Positions 10,101 to 20,643 of a stretch of DNA of 64,000 nt are shown in pieces. The stretch is from a virus: the IMG/VR virus record IMGVR_UViG_3300032311_001250, positions 14,443-78,442 of that record; one strand, written 5' to 3'. The notes beneath the pieces are model-generated. The model was not told where the DNA came from, made no database searches, and saw nothing but the letters and a program-made list of their open reading frames with translations. The position numbers were made by a program, and so were the translations under genes. The first letter of the stretch is position 1; every line of letters begins with the position of its first letter.

Positions 10101-12242
10101 ACCTCAACAGAACGTTCTCAGCTAATTTCTTGGATGGCGCATACCTTTACCCTTGCTGGATCGCTTTTGTCTAGCACCTCTACGTATAAACTTCTTGCCG
10201 ACAATCCCGGGAAGGCCGAGGTTTCTAAGGTCAAAGAGCCATTTAACGGCATGACGCTACGCCAGGCAATGGACTATATCTCGAAGAAAACTGGATGCCA
10301 GTATTGGGTTGACGCCAATAAGTACCTGCACTATATCAAGCGAGAGGTCCAAAACTTGGTAGAGAACCCAACTTTTGAAGATCAATTCGGCAATGCAAGC
10401 CTGACCGACTGGGATTTTGACGCAGGGTTCACTGTCTCCTCGAGGACAGAGGGGCCATACGGCTATGGATATGCCGCAACGGCCTCTGGAACCGCAGAGC
10501 TAATTGCTCGCTCAAAGTTTTTTACTGTTACCTCAGGAGAGAAGTATTTCGCTTCGGCAATGATGAAGACAAGCAATAAGTCGAAGTCCCGACTGGAAGT
10601 TCGCTTCTATAACTCTAGCGATGTGCAGGTAGGGGGAGAAAAGGAGATTGGGTCGGCAGTATCCACTAACAATTCTTGGGAAAAGATGTGGGGCATGGTT
10701 GCCGTTCCGGGAACTCCTGGCATCGTAAAAGCTGCGTTGATTTACCATCATACTTCGCACAGCAGCACCTATACGGACTACTACGCTAATCCGCTTGTCG
10801 TGAAGCTTACCGGAGACTTTGGGTTTGCTGACTACGGCACCGCACCAGGTTCAACGGTAGAGATGCTGTTTGATACATCCCTAAACGCAATTATGCCACT
10901 CAAGACGTTTGAGGCGCCATCCAACATCTCTCAACACGGCAGCATGGCAAACCGTGTCTACATTTATGCTAAGCCGCTTGCAACGAATGCTACGGGTGAT
11001 CTGATCTCGGCAAATGTCGTTACCGGACAAGTGCTGAAGTACACGTTTGACTATGTCCAGGGCGTCTGGAATACACATGGAAAAATCATTGAATCTTCAA
11101 CCGTCAACAAGGATATTGAGACCGCTGAGGATGCGGCGTTGGCCGCAAGCGCAATCTTTAGCGATTCCGGCAAGACTATTGAATCTTACGACTTTGACCA
11201 TCCAAACTCTGCCTCCGATGGACGACTGACTGTTGGAACCGTTATTCCATACTTCTGGAGCGAAGTCGGCGTTATTGAGCCGCTTGTAGTCAAGTCACAA
11301 ACAACTAAATTCATTGGCGGAGAGGCCTACTACTCCGTGCAACTTGCCGGAGAGCCGGCACTGCAACGAAACGCAATTGTGCTTGTGCAGCGAGAAAACC
11401 TTACGGTCAATCTTGGCCCTGGCCAGCTTGCTTTGACTCGACCAACTAAGGTCAAAAATATTGTTGTCAACTCTATTGATGTTGACGGAAAATCTCAGAC
11501 AGTTGACTTGAACGCCAAGATTCAATGGAGCTTTGATACGACTGATCCAAGGAACAAGTTAGTAAAAAGGTTTGAAATTGAGCGACGTTCACAGGATTTG
11601 AACAAAAACATTCTTGGTAAAAAGGCACTTGCAAGTGGCACTGCTCTTTCTCGCGGGTCGGCTGTTGTTGGCGCAGAGTCTAGCTGCTATGTAAAGCTTG
11701 TTGGCTCTAACTCTATTAGCGCAGAGGACATCATCACTATTGCCAACTGGGTAAACCCAGCAAAAAAGAATTTGGCCGCCAATCCTACGCTTAACGGGAG
11801 CTGGGTTGTTGATCATGTGTCTTATAGCAAGACAAGTAAGGCAACAACCGTATACTTCAATATGTATGCATCGGAAACCTCGCCAATCGCAGCCTACAGC
11901 GCAGCAAAGGGTTCTGTCCCAACCAAATTTACTGTCAGCTGGTATGAGACTGTCAAGGCTGGTGTAACCGGGAACAAGTGGGCAGCGCTAGATACCGTTC
12001 TAATTGGGTCAACAAGCTACACGGATAGCAAGAGCGACTATAAGCACCGCTACCAGTATAGAATCCGTGCTGTTGCAGAAACTGAAGATGGTGGTAAACT
12101 GTATGGCGATTGGTCATACGTTCCGGCAACGGCCATCAGCAGCCTGGCAGATACAGCATGGCTGTATATCAATCGCAGCCTTGACCTTTCCTCTGATGGC
12201 GGAGCTGGGGCAGATGCGGTATTAACGGAGGCCACCACATGA
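7122..12242 (+). CDS. Large minor tail/baseplate hub protein with repeated beta modules, LamG-like and CBM-like segments
   Basis: 1706 aa directly after TMP; IFGGIV..V...ITCQDY hub-like motif; repeated H-x-x-x-x-G-x-x-V modules; LamG-like FYDGLIGDMIVIDRVLT; NLVENPTFE; Fn3-like YQYRIRAV end. Confidence 0.8.
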   Translation: MASYTGTITVKIQPKLLDYTSLSDFVDITNRVIFSEGGDSSFTFTQSSEGSQAGASFSLFTMFPISTTKWSSYTGATDLIKAQAALNDPTFDFEVPARSEVQIYENGSLIFGGIVTEVSRERTGGSITTRITCQDYTALLDEVVIDRYKAPYDVKDYQIIKGGYATDPEKNGLSVIKLVDGGSGSTREITVSLEDAHDMIVGQQFTIDRSSSYNGTWTVSSILSEVSIKATKSGTAPYTAGDETSARLTPYTASIFSDIRTTDAYSGLSFSLGINATSSYVEENLNDTRFSPISYLPDSSYPDKLGAKLYLPFSDYKVSNYRFSADPKAADLTNELRLFGLQSTINERNLVTSISSYNTTSNYVDVTTLGSHNIISGEYVSVVNPLLDSGKTSFSSSFQADRQSSSVVRMASPTDPAIDVKKYAITAASGDGTYITYTCTNTFLPGDVVGISGITETSTAGYGSLNIVSTVVEEATSTTFKIKNPGNQTATSFTGAYAYTTYIQLAKDRVQNLYSDSKVYQILAANREGNVSQIWYNSTTPQYAVNECVFIEGLPDFDARVIVSETSGTTPDAFTGSPWRIYKYGRYNNVGVVGVAKNKSPYVPGYKNGNYLSSGHPFIVGASIVISGLTGSAATVNGTFTITRVKGNLVFFNSSGGNTGSSTTYVKDVSSKSARLASSIVYSTGGVSWIKFTDSRADAEKTPESMPKTAAIRQFNFAWPAISGGRSAGTPSASFITAPEDTLSYIGGRQAVKFTSSSYSGISSRIKSEISFVEIASNVVTITTKAAHRFRVGQFVVVQAATKTTVQGGYIITDVPTPTTFTYSLTTSNYSKTADSGPTFVMDTGFAALSKSFSAIIMVQPSSFPSSGNYKTIWHHGSIATSQRRELMIDSTGQIVFSTVHGTYYNTGLTLTADVPALIYVSLDSSTGTTNLVISKNDETVYTASATNYGGTTNVDGEPRANLTVGYGWTDSSAATRFYDGLIGDMIVIDRVLTSTERSQLISWMAHTFTLAGSLLSSTSTYKLLADNPGKAEVSKVKEPFNGMTLRQAMDYISKKTGCQYWVDANKYLHYIKREVQNLVENPTFEDQFGNASLTDWDFDAGFTVSSRTEGPYGYGYAATASGTAELIARSKFFTVTSGEKYFASAMMKTSNKSKSRLEVRFYNSSDVQVGGEKEIGSAVSTNNSWEKMWGMVAVPGTPGIVKAALIYHHTSHSSTYTDYYANPLVVKLTGDFGFADYGTAPGSTVEMLFDTSLNAIMPLKTFEAPSNISQHGSMANRVYIYAKPLATNATGDLISANVVTGQVLKYTFDYVQGVWNTHGKIIESSTVNKDIETAEDAALAASAIFSDSGKTIESYDFDHPNSASDGRLTVGTVIPYFWSEVGVIEPLVVKSQTTKFIGGEAYYSVQLAGEPALQRNAIVLVQRENLTVNLGPGQLALTRPTKVKNIVVNSIDVDGKSQTVDLNAKIQWSFDTTDPRNKLVKRFEIERRSQDLNKNILGKKALASGTALSRGSAVVGAESSCYVKLVGSNSISAEDIITIANWVNPAKKNLAANPTLNGSWVVDHVSYSKTSKATTVYFNMYASETSPIAAYSAAKGSVPTKFTVSWYETVKAGVTGNKWAALDTVLIGSTSYTDSKSDYKHRYQYRIRAVAETEDGGKLYGDWSYVPATAISSLADTAWLYINRSLDLSSDGGAGADAVLTEATT

Positions 12243-13855
12243 GTGTTGAAAGCCTAAAAACTCCATCTATCACCACGCAGAGCGGCTCAACGTTTTCTCC
12301 TGTAGAAATCACCGCAGACGGGATTGCGCTGCTGAACGCCGCAGATGAGCGACGGTCAGATGGAGAGCTGATTCCGGCTGGATCTGAGGCAGTACTTTCC
12401 GTCAGCCGAGAGGGCGGCAGCAGCATCAATGCCAGCTATATTAAATCCGGCGTTATCGACGCAAACCTTATGCGGGCTGGCCTTATTCAGACGGTGCCAT
12501 CCTGGAACACTAAGTGGTACGGGGCGCCGGCAGACCATGCTGCGGTTCAAATGGGGTTCACCGGCGGTTCTATCGCCGCAACGGCCGTTTCAACCAGCAG
12601 CGGAACGGTTAGCCTCACGCTTCCAAGCGGGCACGGACTTATCACCGGCGACTACGTTCGAGTTTCTGGCTTGTACTTCACCACCGGGACGCTTCTTGGG
12701 GGAGTTGGCCTTAACCTCCCGACAAATGGACCGGTTGACTATGCCTCTGCTACCGTATCAACAAACACGCTGACCTATAGCAAGTCTGATATTACCAGCG
12801 GCCTTACGGCCTCTACTGCCTCAACAGTCTATGTTGGCAAAGCATTTTCGATTAGCAGCATTTCCCGTGTTTATGACGACCCAGATAACCCGGCGGAGCT
12901 CAGCACAGTCACCGTAACGACAAGTGTTGCTCATGGATTTTCTGCCGGAGATTACGTTGAAATCACTGGAACCATTGAAACTCTTGACGGTGTCGCGTAC
13001 ATTACCGATGCCCCAAGCAGTACAACTTTTGTCTTTAAGCAGCGGTTTGGTGAAAATATTGAGTTTGATGGAACCCTTGGTTTGACACTGCCAACTCTTG
13101 GCGCCCCAGCTGCAGTTAAGGTTCTTAAGGCATATACACAGAACTCCGACGGATCCATCCACATTACCTCCGGAACAGTTGACTCTACGCTCATCGTCGG
13201 CGAGATTGCAGCGACTGAAATCACGATTGGCTCCGGTGAGTCCGTAGTCCGAGTCGGCAGCTACCCAGATGCTATCTCCCCGGAGTTCCAGGGTATCTGG
13301 GGTGGGGCAAGCAATCCAGATAATGCTGAATTCAAAGCAAGCGTAGCTGGCGAGCTTTACGCAGCAAATGCCACGTTCCCCAACGCAGATATCGACGGCC
13401 TAGAAGTCACCTCGCTGAAGATGGCCGGGTCAATCTCGCTTGGCGCCGACCCTAACGGAAACATCGATGCGATCCGCGTGTATGACCGGACGTATGTTCC
13501 AGCTCGAGAGATTGCGCGGTGGGATACAAGTGGTATTCAAGTTTCCGACACTGGACTATCAACCTCTCGGCGGATTTCTATTAGTGGCTCACAAATCACC
13601 CTTATTGACGCAGACGGAAATAGCATTGTTGCCATGAGCCCAGATGGAGTTAATGCATCATCTATTACCAGCGGCGCGCTTCCTGGCGGATCAAACCTAA
13701 TCCCCAACTCGTCATTTGAGCTGTCTCCGTTCCCTTCATCTGGTCTGACCTATATCCAGGCCACTGCAACCGGTACGGCTGTTAACGGCGACACACCTAG
13801 CATCAACGGATCAACTCCGTTTAGTGCATCTATGTCTATGTATACGTATAGCTAG
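12239..13855 (+). CDS. Minor tail protein
   Basis: ATGA overlap with upstream gene; HGLITGDYV and HGFSAGDYV modules; NLIPNSSFE motif. Confidence 0.75.
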   Translation: MSVESLKTPSITTQSGSTFSPVEITADGIALLNAADERRSDGELIPAGSEAVLSVSREGGSSINASYIKSGVIDANLMRAGLIQTVPSWNTKWYGAPADHAAVQMGFTGGSIAATAVSTSSGTVSLTLPSGHGLITGDYVRVSGLYFTTGTLLGGVGLNLPTNGPVDYASATVSTNTLTYSKSDITSGLTASTASTVYVGKAFSISSISRVYDDPDNPAELSTVTVTTSVAHGFSAGDYVEITGTIETLDGVAYITDAPSSTTFVFKQRFGENIEFDGTLGLTLPTLGAPAAVKVLKAYTQNSDGSIHITSGTVDSTLIVGEIAATEITIGSGESVVRVGSYPDAISPEFQGIWGGASNPDNAEFKASVAGELYAANATFPNADIDGLEVTSLKMAGSISLGADPNGNIDAIRVYDRTYVPAREIARWDTSGIQVSDTGLSTSRRISISGSQITLIDADGNSIVAMSPDGVNASSITSGALPGGSNLIPNSSFELSPFPSSGLTYIQATATGTAVNGDTPSINGSTPFSASMSMYTYS

Positions 13856-13866
13856 GAGATAATCTG

Positions 13867-16800
13867 ATGGCAACAAAGCGCATTTACGTCACCAAAGATG
13901 CAAGCGTAGCTCTCCGCGATGGGACTGACTCTCTTGGCCAGGGGGCTGGAGACAACCTTGTTGTTGGGTATGGAACATGGCTCTATCGTAGCTTACTGTA
14001 TTTCCCTGTTGACTTTACCGACATGACGGCGATTAGCTCCGCCACAATTACGTTGTTTGCCTATAGCCGGTCTGGGCAGACCAATGCTAACTGGGAATAC
14101 GGCTCCGGTATGAGGATTAAGCGCCTGACCTCATCTTGGTCCGAGGGGACCAAGGGGGCAGACGGTATTTGGTGGAACAATAACGCAGTTGCTTGGGCCA
14201 ACCAACCAAGCGCAACAACGAGCAACCAGGTTACAGATACATCAACGGTTGGAAATTCTCGCCCATCGCATGGAAAGGCATACACCTTCACGATTACGGA
14301 TATCGTAAAGCAGTGGGCGCCATCTACAACAGTAACAGGCGGTGGAGATCAGACTAATCACGGCATTCGATTGGAGATGGTCAATGAGACCAGCACAAGC
14401 CCTGACAGCATCGAGTTCTGCTCCCGCGAGGATAACTCGATCAACGGCGGGACCTCCTATGACGCATATATTGACATTACCTACACGGCGGCGGTCTCTG
14501 TTACAAATCCCATCAATGCTGCGTCAGCGCCAACTTCCTCTAAAATTGCAACCATCGTCAATCTTGATGATGCGAACAACTGGACTGGTGCAACAAAGCT
14601 GGCAAGGCCGCAGCTTTCCTGGACATTTACCCCGTCAACGTCAACTCCTGCGGCTCAAGATGAATGGCGCGTTCGGATCTACAGCGCCTCGAGCGCTGGC
14701 AATACCATCTTTGACTCTGGCTGGGTAACCGATGGCTCGCATGCTGCGGATACATCTGTTGACATCCCTCTGAATATTTCTTCTTCTGGCGCCCCACATA
14801 TGCCTGGCGGTTTGACCGCTACCGTTAGCAACGTCACCTGGTCATCTAACACGGCGACCTATACCACCTCAGCGGCACACGGTCTTGATACCGGGATGTA
14901 CGTCAACGTTACTGGGCTTAATGAGTCGCAGTTGAACATCTCTAACGCTGAAATTACCGTCACTGGATCTACCACATTCACAGCGACAGCTAGCTACCCA
15001 GGAGCAATCACTGGGACAAGCGGAACGGTTTCAACAATCTGGGCATCCGGGTATAAAGGACTGGTTAATAACACAAACTATTGGTGGACCATTCAAACCC
15101 GAGATGTAAACGGCCTTGAGGCAAGCGAATCGAGCCGAACACAATTTAAAGTACTCTTTTCTAATCAGCAACTTCAGTACGCATACCCAGGCGGAACAGC
15201 CTCAACTTTTGTTCATAACATTGGGTCAACTCCGGCTGGAACTTCAGTTGAGCGCCTGTACGGAACAACAAACACGACCGGTGCGACTCCGTCAACGTGG
15301 TATTCCTCGCTTTCTGAGGCGCTGACAAATCGAGGCAGTAACGCATATATTGTCGTTGCGGTTCGCATGGGCGTGCTCAATAACAGCAATACAGCAATTT
15401 CTGACCCAACAGTCTCTGGCCTTTCACTGTCTTATGTGGCTGCTGTGGCCCGAACTCCAGACAAGTGGGCAACAAGTTCTGCAAATATTACTGCTGGGCT
15501 TTCTGACGAGATTCGTCGGTTTGGTACCCAAGCAGCCAAGATTACGGCAGTAACTGCCGCCACGCATTCAATTAAGGCCTATCGGGCTTCATCTGGCGAC
15601 GGCGTCGGGGTTGTTCCGAATACAAACTACACGTTCTCTTTCTATGTGTATGCGGGCAGTGTCTCTGGAACGATTACTGGAAAGGTATACGCTGGAAGCA
15701 CTCTTCTTGCTACATCTGATGTTCACACGGCTTTCGATACCGACAATGAGGGCTGGCGACGCATGTACGTCAGTTTCCATTCCGGAGGAAATACGTCAGT
15801 TGAGCCATATATTTATATTGATGCCACTGCGACCAACACGTCGTTCTATGTCGATGGCTCCATGCTTGAAGAGGGAACTGTTATCCGCTCGTACACTCCT
15901 GGCCTCGTCAACTCCCCCGCGCTAGTTGAAGGCGGAGGCATCCAGGTTGATGCAAGCAAGGGTGGAACGTTCCGACTACGTGGATCTGCTGGTTTACCAC
16001 GAGATGTAATTCAACTTGGTTCTAACGGCCTTGATTTTGGAACAACAAGCCCTGTTTCTATTTATCAAACTGCAGATGGCAGCAATTCTCTAACCGTTTC
16101 TGGCGCGCTTTCTGCTACTAGCACTGTGTCGGGCGCAACACTTTCTGCAACTGGGGCTGTTTCTGGCGCAACACTTTCTGCAACTGGGACATTGACACTT
16201 GGCTCCTCAATTATCCATCAAGCGACAGACAACGTTCAAGAGTTCATAATTGCTGAAGCAGTATCACTGGCTGGACGTACAGCAAGCTTAGCTACCATAA
16301 CCACTACATATGATCATCAGCTTCTTTCTGGTCAGCTTGTTACCGTAGCCTTAACGTCTGGACCAACCGGATATGCCGCGCTTAATGGGTCTTGGACTAT
16401 TGCGGTAACTGGTACAACAACGTTTACCTATACGACTGGCACGAGCGGCACGATCACCTCTGGCGCGGCAGTCGGGACCGTTACAACAGTTGCTGCTGGT
16501 GTACAGCCACATGGACTTTATATTCCGACTGCCAAAGCCGTTGTGTTTGAGGGAACAACAGATAATGTGCTGGAAACGTTCCTTGTTGCTGCTGAAGCAA
16601 CCACCACAGACAAAACTATTACGCTTCCAGATGCCACTGGAACAGTTCAATTAACTGGGCAAACAATCACTCTTGGAACTGACTTAACTGGTAGCGTAAC
16701 CCTGGCAAATGGCGCAATGACACTCAACGCTTCAGTTACCGACAATAGTCATAACCACACAAGTTCTACTATTTCTGGACTTGTACTTGGAACTGACGTT

Positions 16801-17424
16801 AGCGGAACGTATGTAGCCGGAATTACTGCCGGCACCGGAGTCTCTATTTCCGGAACTGCTGGTGCTGGATGGTCTCCAATTGTCTCTATTGGTCAGGCAG
16901 TCGCAACGACATCAAACGTCACGTTTGCCAACCTGTCAGCAACCGGAACAGTAACATTTACTACCCCAGGCACTGTGACGCTCGGAACGGTGGTGGGTGA
17001 TAACGTCCGAATTACAAACTTGTATCAGACAACAACCATTACTAACTCATTTAACCCACGCATGTATAACGGTTCTGGCGCATTCCCTTGGCGCTTCTTC
17101 TACGATACGTCGTCCGAGCGATTCAAAACCAACATTGTCTATATGGAAGACACCGACGCCATTCTTGACGTGAACCCGGTCTCCTACCACGACAAAGCCG
17201 ACTACGAAGCAAACGGCGAGGAATCACCGCGACAATATGGTTTCCTTGCGGAGGATATGGCCTCAAATCCAGAAGGTATTTCGTTCGTGGTGCATAACGG
17301 AGCGGATGCTGAAACAATTCAATATGAACGCCTTGTTGTGCCGTTGTTCTCGGCTATGCGCAAGCTTCGCTCGCGGATTGACGAGCTTGAAGCCAGGCTC
17401 GCAGAACTCGAAACCGGTGCCTAG
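13867..17424 (+). CDS. Tail fibre/receptor-binding protein with N-terminal DNRLRE-like domain and C-terminal S74 intramolecular chaperone
   Basis: RBS AGGAG; RSLLYF...SATITLF DNRLRE-like segment; SSERFKTNI...YGFLAED...IQYERLVVPL plus terminal coiled coil typical of peptidase S74. Confidence 0.88.
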   Translation: MATKRIYVTKDASVALRDGTDSLGQGAGDNLVVGYGTWLYRSLLYFPVDFTDMTAISSATITLFAYSRSGQTNANWEYGSGMRIKRLTSSWSEGTKGADGIWWNNNAVAWANQPSATTSNQVTDTSTVGNSRPSHGKAYTFTITDIVKQWAPSTTVTGGGDQTNHGIRLEMVNETSTSPDSIEFCSREDNSINGGTSYDAYIDITYTAAVSVTNPINAASAPTSSKIATIVNLDDANNWTGATKLARPQLSWTFTPSTSTPAAQDEWRVRIYSASSAGNTIFDSGWVTDGSHAADTSVDIPLNISSSGAPHMPGGLTATVSNVTWSSNTATYTTSAAHGLDTGMYVNVTGLNESQLNISNAEITVTGSTTFTATASYPGAITGTSGTVSTIWASGYKGLVNNTNYWWTIQTRDVNGLEASESSRTQFKVLFSNQQLQYAYPGGTASTFVHNIGSTPAGTSVERLYGTTNTTGATPSTWYSSLSEALTNRGSNAYIVVAVRMGVLNNSNTAISDPTVSGLSLSYVAAVARTPDKWATSSANITAGLSDEIRRFGTQAAKITAVTAATHSIKAYRASSGDGVGVVPNTNYTFSFYVYAGSVSGTITGKVYAGSTLLATSDVHTAFDTDNEGWRRMYVSFHSGGNTSVEPYIYIDATATNTSFYVDGSMLEEGTVIRSYTPGLVNSPALVEGGGIQVDASKGGTFRLRGSAGLPRDVIQLGSNGLDFGTTSPVSIYQTADGSNSLTVSGALSATSTVSGATLSATGAVSGATLSATGTLTLGSSIIHQATDNVQEFIIAEAVSLAGRTASLATITTTYDHQLLSGQLVTVALTSGPTGYAALNGSWTIAVTGTTTFTYTTGTSGTITSGAAVGTVTTVAAGVQPHGLYIPTAKAVVFEGTTDNVLETFLVAAEATTTDKTITLPDATGTVQLTGQTITLGTDLTGSVTLANGAMTLNASVTDNSHNHTSSTISGLVLGTDVSGTYVAGITAGTGVSISGTAGAGWSPIVSIGQAVATTSNVTFANLSATGTVTFTTPGTVTLGTVVGDNVRITNLYQTTTITNSFNPRMYNGSGAFPWRFFYDTSSERFKTNIVYMEDTDAILDVNPVSYHDKADYEANGEESPRQYGFLAEDMASNPEGISFVVHNGADAETIQYERLVVPLFSAMRKLRSRIDELEARLAELETGA

Positions 17425-17481
17425 ATCGAATGTTTACCGTATCCTTTCATTGCCGTAAAGGCATAACAAAGGGGGTATTCC

Positions 17482-18225
17482 ATGCGATACAAGGTAAAGT
17501 CCCAGCTCTATTCTGACGCTGAGGCAATTAAACAGGGAATCTTGGACGATTGTGGCCCGTCCTCTATGGCCGCAGCCGTGTCATGGGTGTTTCAGTACAC
17601 CCCAGGTCACGATTTCAGCGCTTCCGACGGGGTTGCCGCTAAGGCAAAGGCAACCGGAAAGGTTGAGAAGCAGGGTGTTTCCGATAACGGTTCGTCACTT
17701 GGTGACCTTATCAAGACTGCCCGAGTTCTTGGGGCCGAAGCTCGGTTTGCCAAGAGCTGGGAGGATGTTGTGGCTTCTGCAAAAGCCGGATCGGCACTTG
17801 GCGTCTGGGTTCAGCAGCCAGTGGGTTTCCCGCCTGAGGTAGAGATCAGCGCTTGGCATCGAAAGTGGGCCAAGTGGTGGGGCAAGGGTGGCGGCGGCTA
17901 CAAGAAGGACCCAAAGCACCTTGGTGAGGGGTACGGCCACATGACCTCTGCAGCTTGGTGTGAGGATCATGGATGGCAGTGGGCATGCCCAACCCGAGAG
18001 GGCAAGGGAGCTGAGGAGTTTGGTGTTCAGGTAACTGAGGCCCAGCTTAAGGCCATTGCCGACAGCAAGCGTGTAAGTGGTTCTCACAAGGCGCCACCGC
18101 ATGCGCATGTTATTATTATCTCAGCGCCAAAAGGCTGGGTTGCGCCTAAGCCTGCGGCAGCGCCGGTAGCCCCTGTGGCTCCTGCACCCGCTAAGCCGGC
18201 CAAGTGCCCAACTTGCGGTAAGTAA
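17482..18225 (+). CDS. Putative endolysin, C39-like cysteine peptidase
   Basis: DDCGPSSMA catalytic-Cys-like motif and YGHM His motif; directly before holin; Pro/Ala linker and terminal CPTCGK. Confidence 0.65.
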   Translation: MRYKVKSQLYSDAEAIKQGILDDCGPSSMAAAVSWVFQYTPGHDFSASDGVAAKAKATGKVEKQGVSDNGSSLGDLIKTARVLGAEARFAKSWEDVVASAKAGSALGVWVQQPVGFPPEVEISAWHRKWAKWWGKGGGGYKKDPKHLGEGYGHMTSAAWCEDHGWQWACPTREGKGAEEFGVQVTEAQLKAIADSKRVSGSHKAPPHAHVIIISAPKGWVAPKPAAAPVAPVAPAPAKPAKCPTCGK

Positions 18226-18239
18226 TAGAAGGAGAAAAC

Positions 18240-18653
18240 ATGAGCGCCATTAAGAACGCGGTTCTTTGGATCATGGCTAACACGGGTATCGATGAGATGC
18301 TCTTGGAGGCCGCACGCGCCTTTATCGCAACGTCAATCGCCGTTGCGCTCGGTCTCGGCATCCCGCTGCTTGATATTTCAGGCAACGACTTCCGAACCGT
18401 GATCTCCGCCGGACTGGCCGCCTGCTTGCAGGTAGTCGTCCGCGCCCTGAACCCTGAGGATGCCAAGTTCGGCGTCGGCAAGGCGAAGGTCGCTAAGGCT
18501 GAGGAGAAGGCAGCTGCCGAGAGCACGGCTCACATTACCGGCAGCGCAATCGACACGGATGGAGACGGAATTGCAGATGAGCTCGCTGGCAGCCTTGCCA
18601 ACGAGGGTCATGCTGAGTTCCAGGATCTTGAGGACGACGGCCACAAGGGCTGA
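18240..18653 (+). CDS. Holin
   Basis: Two hydrophobic helices (ARAFIATSIAVALG; VISAGLAACLQVVVRALNP.D..FG), acidic tail, RBS AAGGAG, next to endolysin. Confidence 0.75.
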   Translation: MSAIKNAVLWIMANTGIDEMLLEAARAFIATSIAVALGLGIPLLDISGNDFRTVISAGLAACLQVVVRALNPEDAKFGVGKAKVAKAEEKAAAESTAHITGSAIDTDGDGIADELAGSLANEGHAEFQDLEDDGHKG

Positions 18654-18670
18654 TCGTAATCGGGTACAAT

Positions 18671-18710
18671 AAAAAAGAGGAGGGGTCCCGCGAGGCCCCT
18701 CCTCTTTTTT
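18671..18710. terminator. Bidirectional intrinsic terminator
   Basis: A6-GAGGAGGGGTC/GGCCCCTCCTC-T6 between convergent operons. Confidence 0.9.
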
Positions 18711-18725
18711 ATGCCCTGCGGGCGA

Positions 18726-18902
18726 TTAGTCGTCTTCGCGCCAGCGAAGTGGTCCGGTAATAAGCCAGGCCCCAGTAAGAGCAAGCAGGATCGAGCCCAC
18801 CACGTCGCGGGTCTCACCCTCCGGAAGTACAGCCCAGGCGATGGCCAAACCAAAGATTGTCCATCCACCTGCAATAATGTCGTTTACAGCGTTTTTAATC
18901 AT
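18726..18902 (-). CDS. Small two-TM membrane protein (58 aa, below ORF-track cutoff)
   Basis: [58 protein letters not shown]; ATGA overlap with the PT-rich gene. Confidence 0.8.
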   Translation of the reverse strand: MIKNAVNDIIAGGWTIFGLAIAWAVLPEGETRDVVGSILLALTGAWLITGPLRWREDD

Positions 18903-20383
18903 TTACGGATTCTCCTTGGCTTATCTCCACCGCCAGACGACGTTGGGCCGCCCCCACCGGTCGTTCGAGCAGTGCTTGCCGCGCTTGCAGCAGCTGCTGC
19001 AGCTTGGGCTACTTGTGTCACCACAACGGCTGCAACCACGACTGGAGCAGCTTTTTCCTTTTCCTCCGGCGAGAGGTCCTTGCCGAGATTGGTAATTGCA
19101 GTGACGGCTTTACCAACGTTTTCTACACTATCACCGAGTGTTTCGGCAATAGCTGCGGCAGCTTCTCCAATAGCCTCTGTCACAGCTCCCACAGCAGCGC
19201 CCGGATCAATTGGTCCAGGTGTGTCAGTAGGTACAGGGTTGGGATCAACAGAAGGGGTCGGAGATTCCGTAGGGGTGGCCGTTGGCTCGGGCGTCGGATC
19301 GGGTGTGGCAGACGGGGTCGGTTCATGTGTTACCTCCGGGCTAGGGCTGGGACGGGGCGTCGGAGACGGCGTCACAGAAGGCTCTGGCGTGGGGCTAGGA
19401 GCCACGCTAGGGCTTGGCGTTGGTGGTTCTGGTGTCGGAGTAGGGGTGGGGCTTGGCGTGGGCTCTGGGGTTGGCGTTGGAGTTGGCTCAGGTGTAGGGC
19501 TTGGGGTTGGCGGTGGCGGTGCTGGAACAAACACGGAAACGGCTACTGAGGCTGGTGAGTAAACGCTTAGGGTGTCATTGTCAGCCCTGACCCAGAACGT
19601 ATACGTCTGATCTAGGCCGCCAGTAATAATAAAAACGTCGTTGTTAATGCCCATGTTGGTTTCGCCGGAAGCAGCGCCCCAGCCCACGAGATCCCCAGTG
19701 GTCCAGAACACCCCGTACCGCTCAATGTCGGTTCCGCTTGCCTCTGGGGCATTCCACGTGAGGTAGACGTTCCCATTGCTATAAACAGTAACCATTAAAC
19801 CGGTTGGCGCGTTTAGGTATGGGTCAGGCACGGGCGTTGGGGTTGGCTCAGGAGTTGGCGTAGGCGTTGGCTCAGGAGTTGGTGTGGGAGTAGGCGTCGG
19901 AGTAGGCGGTGGCGTTGGTGTCCACGTAGCTGATGGCGTTCCTGGGGCAAGCTCGGCCGCAAAGTTGCTGATCAAATAGTAGTGATTGCCACCAAAGCGG
20001 TCAGCCGTTGGGTCACCGCAGCAGACGCCAGCTCGGACTCGATAATCGCCAGCGGGCAGGGAAATGCGAATCGTTGAAGCAAGTGAGTATCCGCCAGTGT
20101 GCTCCGTAAAGGAGTCGTCGTTGGCGGCAAGAAGCAACCCATTGCCATCATAGAGCCAAAGCATGGAGTCGACCGTTCCAGGGCACCAAGGAGATGTGGT
20201 GTTATCGCACAGGTCCGTCCAAAGGTGAAGTTCGCCCTGCTCCGGCAGATTAATCCAGAAATCCTGTGTGCGATTAACGTAATTGTTTTGGCTTCCAGAA
20301 ACCGGTCCGGCAACAACACCATATACAAGCGTTGCAAAAATAAGCCAAAGGGTTGCGGCAATAGTGGCAAGCTTAGTACTCAT
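18899..20383 (-). CDS. Exported Pro/Thr-rich protein (PPC-like and Fn3-like domains, C-terminal anchor)
   Basis: Signal peptide; DSMLWLYD...LAANDD; two long (PT)n linkers; APTGL...LTWNAP; hydrophobic C-terminus with basic tail. Confidence 0.85.
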   Translation of the reverse strand: MSTKLATIAATLWLIFATLVYGVVAGPVSGSQNNYVNRTQDFWINLPEQGELHLWTDLCDNTTSPWCPGTVDSMLWLYDGNGLLLAANDDSFTEHTGGYSLASTIRISLPAGDYRVRAGVCCGDPTADRFGGNHYYLISNFAAELAPGTPSATWTPTPPPTPTPTPTPTPEPTPTPTPEPTPTPVPDPYLNAPTGLMVTVYSNGNVYLTWNAPEASGTDIERYGVFWTTGDLVGWGAASGETNMGINNDVFIITGGLDQTYTFWVRADNDTLSVYSPASVAVSVFVPAPPPPTPSPTPEPTPTPTPEPTPSPTPTPTPEPPTPSPSVAPSPTPEPSVTPSPTPRPSPSPEVTHEPTPSATPDPTPEPTATPTESPTPSVDPNPVPTDTPGPIDPGAAVGAVTEAIGEAAAAIAETLGDSVENVGKAVTAITNLGKDLSPEEKEKAAPVVVAAVVVTQVAQAAAAAASAASTARTTGGGGPTSSGGGDKPRRIRK

Positions 20384-20565
20384 TTGCCCTGCCCTGCCAT
20401 CCAGGCGACAAAACTACTGATGCCTGTAAGGCCAAGAATGCCAATAATGAATTTTGCAAGTCGGTAGGCACCACGAGTCTCTGCCATCTCAACACGCATG
20501 GCAGCAATTTCTCCCTCGATCTTGTCGAGGCGTTCAAGGATTTTGTCGACCTGGCTGGACGTCAC
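20380..20565 (-). CDS. Small coiled-coil plus C-terminal TM protein
   Basis: 61 aa, ATGA overlap, hydrophobic C-terminus. Confidence 0.75.
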   Translation of the reverse strand: MTSSQVDKILERLDKIEGEIAAMRVEMAETRGAYRLAKFIIGILGLTGISSFVAWMAGQGK

Positions 20566-20643
20566 ATCGGCACCCCATCATGCTATGCGCAAGTAAAATT
20601 GACAGGTGCAATATATGTGATGAAAGCTTAACGTTCAATAAAT

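Noticed and set aside
16095-16190. 33-bp-period direct repeats in the tail fibre, and collagen and PT repeats elsewhere
   Set aside because: Ordinary coding repeats of fibrous proteins.
18711-19562. 283-aa Gly/Val-rich plus-strand ORF, and the many long antisense ORFs over tail and fibre genes
   Set aside because: Shadow frames of repetitive or GC-rich genes on the opposite strand, with no SD or motifs.
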